Source of the DNA: Centroscyllium fabricii
Taxonomy: Eukaryota
NCBI GenBank assembly: GCA_051313645.2
Contig: JBNRSN020000005.1
Span: 304,916,001 to 304,980,000 of the forward strand
Length of the DNA stretch: 64,000 nucleotides
Reading direction: 5' to 3'
Position 1 is the first letter of the stretch. Each line of letters begins with the position of its first letter. The notes beneath the pieces are model-generated. The model was not told the DNA's origin, ran no database searches, and saw only the letters and a list, made by a program, of their open reading frames with translations. This document shows, one piece after another, positions 58,741-64,000 of the stretch. The position numbers were made by a program, and so were the translations under genes.

Positions 58741-61445
58741 CTATGCCCCGCAGACTCCCGAGGTGGATTCGTCAGTCTGGTGTGCCGCCACACAGCTCCC
58801 CCCCCAGAATTCGTCCGAGAGGAGAAAAAGTCTATGTGAGGCGTTGTGGTGGCCGTAAGATGCGGCCGGCACGTGTCGTGTGTTGCTCCTTGTTCTGCGG
58901 TGGAGTGTGGGCGGGTGTTGGTGCGGGAGGGCATCCGCGTTGAGGTGGTTGGGCGGGGGGACTGTTGCGTTGCCCGCTATAACATGTGCCGGTTTTAGCC
59001 GGTCTATAGAGACAGTTTCTGTCCGATTGCCCAGCTGAAGCTGAAAAGCTTTTGGTCCTGCCCGAAGCACTGTAGGGGCCGTCATAAGTTGGCTGTAGTG
59101 GTGAGCGATGGGCGTCGTGCCGGGCAAACACGTACTTCGCGTTTTTGATGCTGTCCGGTACGCGTGCTGCTCAGCTCTCCGTGCCGGGCCACCGGTAAGG
59201 GTTTGAATGCTCGTGCCGGGTTGGCGAAGTCCTTTAGGAACTGGTCGGCCGACCAGGGAGCGTTTGGTTCGGCGAGGAACTCGCCCGGCACTGTTAAAGT
59301 TTGGCAGTAGACGAGTTCTGCTGCTGAGGCGTGTAGATCTTCTTTGGCCGCCGAGCGCAGCCCGAGCAGCACCCATGGAAGACGGTCGGTCCATGATGCG
59401 TCTTTGAGGCTGGCCCGCAGGGATGCTTTCATGGAGCGGTGGAACCATTCGCAGAGCCCGTTAGATTGTGGGTGGTATGCGGTGGTTCGATGTAGGGTTA
59501 CCCCGAGGTCGCGGGCGATGGCCGCCCATAGTGCCGACGTAAATTGGGGACCTCTGTCCGACGTGATGGTGGGCACGCCGAAACGGGCGACCCAGGTGGC
59601 GATGAACGCCCTGGCCAAGTCCGTGGTGCTGGGAGCAACGAGGGGGACTGCTTCTGGCCAGCGAGTGTTGCGGTCGACCATGGTCATGACGTGTGTGTGG
59701 CCCCGGGATGGCGGTAGTGGTCCGACGAGATCGACATGGACGTGGTCGAAGCGTCTGGCCGGCATGGTGAAAGTTTCCAGCGGTGCCCTGATGTGCTTGT
59801 GCACCTTGGCGCGCTGGCAGGCAATGCAGGCGTTGGTCCAGGCACGGACGTCTTTGCGTAGGCCGCGCCATACGAAACGGGCCGAAATTAGTTTGATGGA
59901 AGCGCGGGTGCCGGGGTGGGACAGGCCATGGAGGGTCTCGAAAATGTGTCGCCTCCATGCGTGGGGGACGACGGGTCTGGGCTGCGGTAAGGAAACGTCG
60001 CAGCAGACTACGGTGGCCGCGGGGCCATGTGCGATTTTGGCCAAGCGTATGCCAGGGAGGTTTCCTGCTGGGTCGAGCAGGTCTGGGTCGGCCAGCTGGT
60101 CTGCTGCCAGCTTGGTGTAATCGACCGCCATTTGGGCGGCGTTAATTGCGGGACGTGACAGGCAGTCAGCAACCACGTTGTCGCGGCCGGAGATATATTG
60201 GACGTCGGTAGGGAACTCCGACACGGCCGCGAGTTGGCGCTGCTGCCTGGCCGACCAGGGTTCGGCGATCTTAGCCATTGCGAAAATGAGCGGCTTGTGA
60301 TCGACGAAAGCTGTGAAGGGACGGCCCTCCAGGAGGAAGCGAAAATGGCGCACTGCGAGGTAGAGAGCGAGGAGTTCCCTGTCGAAGGCGCTGTACTTAA
60401 CCTCTGGGGGCCGAAGTTGCCGGCTGAAAAAGGCCAGGGGCTGCCATGAGTTGCCGGTCCACTGTTCAAAAACGGCCCCGACAGCGTGGTCGGAGGCGTC
60501 GGTGATGAGGGCCACTCTGGCGTTGGGCCTGGGGTGGGCTAGGAGGGTGGCGTTGGCCAGGGCGGTTTTGGTTGCGGTAAAGGCGGTGGCGGCCGTCCAC
60601 TCGACCGCAGTTTTGCCGGACTGCCCGCGTGTGGCCTGGTATAGGGGGGGCCATGAGAGCGGCTGCTCCTGGGATGAAGCGGTTATAGAAATTAACCATC
60701 CCGAGGAATTCCTGCAGCCCCTTAATGGAGTGCGGGTGGGGTAATTCCTGAGCTGCCTGTACCTTGGAGGGCAGGGGTATGGCCCCGGTTTTGGAAATGC
60801 GGTGGCCGAGGAAGTCTATGATCTCGAGGTTGAATTTGCATTTAGAGGGGCTTAATATGAGGCCGTGTTCGGTCAGGCGCTGGAACAGGGTCCTGAGGTG
60901 CAGGAGGTGCTCCTGGGGGGAGGTGCTGGCCACGAGGATGTCGTCCAAGTAGACGAAAATGAACTGCAAGTCCCGTAGGACCGAGTCCATTAGGCGCTGA
61001 AAGGCCTGTGCCGCGTTTTTGAGTCCGAAGGGCATCCTAAGGAACTCGAAGAGGCCGAAGGGGGTTATTACGGCTGTCTTGGGGACATCCGCCGGGTGCA
61101 CTGGGACCTGGTGGTAGCCACGCACCAGGTCGATCTTAGAGAAGATCGTGCAGCCTGCTAGCCTGGCGGAGAAATCCTGGATGTGGGGTACGGGGTACCT
61201 ATCCGGGGTGGTGGCGTTGTTGAGGCGGCGGTAGTCGCCGCAGGGGCGCCAGCCTCCGCCCGGCTTGGGGGCGATGTGGAGGGGAGAGGCCCAGGGGCTG
61301 TTGGAGCGGCGGATTATGCCGAGTTGCTCCATGGTGCGGAACTCGGTGCGCGCAATCTCCAGCTTGGCCGGGTCCAGCCTGCGGGCGTGGGCATGCACGG
61401 GAGGGCCGGAGGTGGTGATAAAATGTTCCACCCCGTGTTTGGCTG
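58741..61445 (-). pseudogene. Gypsy pol (RT YLDD, RNase H DAS/ELLA/DH, integrase HHCC plus DDE, GPY) with frameshifts near 60645, 59160 and 59070
   Basis: Domains are split across ORFs 60466-61536, 59082-60515, 58832-59131 and 58741-59448. Confidence 0.9.
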
Positions 61446-61457
61446 TCGGGGTCACCA
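61445..61457 (-). promoter_or_regulatory. Primer binding site, tRNA-Trp
   Basis: TGGTGACCCCGAC 1 nt from the 5' LTR equals the first 13 nt of the classical tRNA-Trp PBS. Confidence 0.85.
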
Positions 61458-62613
61458 CTGTAGCGCTTGCAGGACCCAAGAACCACACAGGAGCCAGAGA
61501 GACAGATAACACTCGTTTAATTACATTACTAGACAAGAAAGAGACTGAACCACGAGGAGCAGGCTTATTTAAACGGCCCGCTTAGTGACCTCATCACGCC
61601 GAGAGATGTGGTGACGTCATCGCGTCACCCGGTGGGCGGGGCTATGCCCCGCAGACTCCCGAGGCGGATTCGTCAGTCTGGTGTGCCGCCACACCCCAAT
61701 TCAAATGACGAATATGCTTTAGTTTATTGCAATATATTTTTGTGAAAATACATTTGGTGGTTGTGGATACAAAATGAGACCATCAGGATGCAATTTATCT
61801 TTAGAAATTGCAGGTCTTGCATAGAACTGTACAGGGCACTGGCACTTTGTGATCTATTTAAGGCTATGCAAATGACTCACTGGATTGTTGGTATTTGTTT
61901 ACAAGACACTGACATATCTTTTGCCATTGACGTACGTTTTGGTCAATATTGTATGCTGGAGTTCATCATTTTCCAATTCTGCTTGTAGCTCTCTGTTTGA
62001 AGTATGTTCTTGAGACTTGGCATATTTTCAAATCACAGCTGAAAAATTGGCGATGTCAATAAATTTAAAAAGTTGCTTACGCATGGTGAGTGGTTTTGAA
62101 AGGTCCTAATCTCAAAATTAACTTCTCAAGTGACAGTTTTTGACTGTATGTTATCAGGAATCCTATAAAATGTGTCTCTTGGCTCAGACGAGGAGCTAGT
62201 CAGTGTGGTAGGAGCGACCTGCGAGGGGCCACTAAGAAGTCTAATTTAGAAAGAAACAATGAAGCGTCAGAGATAGGAAAATAAATCAGTTGACATTCCT
62301 TACAAGCTGCTGAATTGCTTTGGTTGGAGGCTTGATTGATCTGGATAACTGGCTCCTGGCTGGTGGTTAAGTAGAATTTCCTATCTGGGTGACATCAGTT
62401 GTAAATATGTAAATGTTAATGTGGATGTAATTTCTGCTGGTGCTTATTGCAGCCTTTTCAACCTAATGCCATAGCAGGGATTCAAATAAGTGGCCCTCCA
62501 GACCCATGTGGGACAACTTTTACAAAGTTAAGGAATGATTGGAAGACCAACGTGAACGTTTTGTTTGAACCCCTGCTGTGGCCAATCTTTTTCCTTTTGC
62601 AGTTTGTAATTTT

Positions 62614-62998
62614 GCACGGTGGCATAGTGGTTAGCACTGTTGCCTCACAGCTCTGGAGACCCGGGTTCAAATCCGGCCTCGGGTACTGTCTGTGTGGAGT
62701 TTGCACATTCTCCCCGTGTCTGCGTGGGTTTCCTCCGGGTGCTCCGGTTTCCTCCCACAGTCCAAAGATGTGCGGATAAGGTTGATTGGCCAGGATAAAT
62801 TGACCCTTAATGTTAGGGGGATTGAATATGTGGGGTTACGGGGATAGGGTGGGATATGTGTCGGTGCAGGCTCGATAGGGATGTGGGGAGAGGGCAGGGG
62901 CGGGGTGCTGGGTTTGGATGATCAGCCATGATCTTATTGAATGACGGAGCAGGGCCGAATGGCCTACTCCTGCTCCTATCTTCTATGTTTCTATGTTC
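62614..62998 (+). mobile_element. HE1-type V-SINE, near full length
   Basis: Highly similar to 18440-18822. Confidence 0.92.
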
Positions 62999-63439
62999 TC
63001 TATCCTGTCCTGATGAGGGTGTCACCAAAATGTTGGACTTTTATTTGAGAACATCAAGATTTTGCATTTGAACTACTGCTAAGGAGGGTTCCTTACATTG
63101 CAAGAGTGACTGCTCTTCCAAGGGTACGTCATTTGCTGTATGGTATTTTTGGGACATCCTGAGTACATGAAAGGTACTATATGAATGCAAGTCCTTTTCC
63201 TTGTTTGTTACTGTATGAATGCTCAATAATCTAAAGAAAGACTTGTATTTATATAGTGCCTTTTCACATCTCAAATATCTAAAAATACTTCACATGCAAC
63301 AAATTACTTTGAAATCCAGTCACTGTTTTGTAGGCAAACAGCAGCCATGCATACAGTAAGAGATTACAAGCAGCAACAAAATAATCCCATGTTCCTTGAA
63401 TTTCTCTTAACGTCTCTGAATGTCTCAATCTCCTCTGCT

Positions 63440-63632
63440 TTCTACCCTGTCGCTGACCTTCCCTTTGTTCTTTCAGCCCCTCGCCCTTTCCCCAGCCCCT
63501 ACTTGCTTTAAAATCTATCCCCTCTCCTGATTTCTCCAGTCCTGAAGAAAGGTCATCGACCTGAAACGTTAACTCTGTTTCTCTCTTCACTGATGCTGCC
63601 TGGCCTGCTGAGTTTTTCCAGCCTTTTCTGTT
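63440..63632 (+). mobile_element. Penelope-derived fragment with minimal hammerhead motif (63538-63574), within an old L2-tailed SINE
   Basis: CTGAAGA-a-aggtc-atc-gacct-GAAACGTT; downstream sequence matches the 19996-20055 arm. Confidence 0.7.
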
Positions 63633-64000
63633 ACAATGAAATGAATGACCAGGTAATCTGTTTTTAGTGGTGGTGGTGGAGGTGGTATAAAAAGGAATGC
63701 AATACTTCTTTCAGTACTGCACTAGAATGAGGAACTACATTGTGTTCAAGTCCTGGATAGTAAAAAGAAAGGTCTGTCTGATAAAATGAAACATCCTAAA
63801 TAGTAAGAATAAGAGAACCAGTAGGACTGGAAGGTGCTTTTGTTGTGTTTAATAGATATGTGAGATACTGGGTCTGGCACTCTAGTAGTAAACTCACAAT
63901 TGAATTATATCAGCTACTATATTACATGTCTCACTGCAAGCACCACTTTTCATCATTAGTATTTTAATTGAAGATTACAAAACACCTGGCGGGGGGGGAA

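Larger units (their letters stand above)
58561..61693 (-). mobile_element. Ty3/Gypsy LTR retrotransposon lacking gag and protease
   Basis: LTRs 58561-58792 and 61459-61693 (TG..CA); TSD cccc; PBS tggtgaccccgac; PPT gggggggagctg; RT-RH-IN order. Confidence 0.95.

Noticed and set aside
59344-60120. 258-aa plus-strand ORF
   Set aside because: Antisense shadow of the GC-rich integrase coding region
63988-64000. ggggggggaa, possible start of another Harbinger-like MITE
   Set aside because: Truncated by the window end; cannot be supported

Overview
Vertebrate DNA, almost certainly a shark: it carries HE1/V-SINEs, a Deu-type SINE and HER1/CR1 LINEs. The window holds the 3' two-thirds of TCF7L2 on the + strand. 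That covers exons 6-12 and 14-17 (human 17-exon numbering), the LVPQ and SFLSx alternative splice sites, both 73-nt C-clamp cassettes, the 25-nt micro-exon, a dual-frame last exon and a 3' UTR ending near 52.1 kb. No 51-nt exon 13 is recognisable. In the first 3.5 kb, four ATG-initiated segments each end at a phase-0 splice donor in frame with exon 6; these look like the alternative first exons of truncated, beta-catenin-domain-less TCF7L2. The introns and 3' flank contain Tigger-like and Harbinger-like MITEs, CR1/L2 LINE fragments, SINEs and a solo LTR. They also contain Penelope-like elements with inverted pseudo-LTRs, minimal hammerhead ribozyme motifs and 12-bp TSDs, and a young Gypsy LTR element whose tRNA-Trp PBS is fused directly to RT with no gag or protease. 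A perfect 53-bp copy of TCF7L2 intron sequence sits inside a CR1 fragment. All coordinates were read by eye; no alignments or database searches were run.
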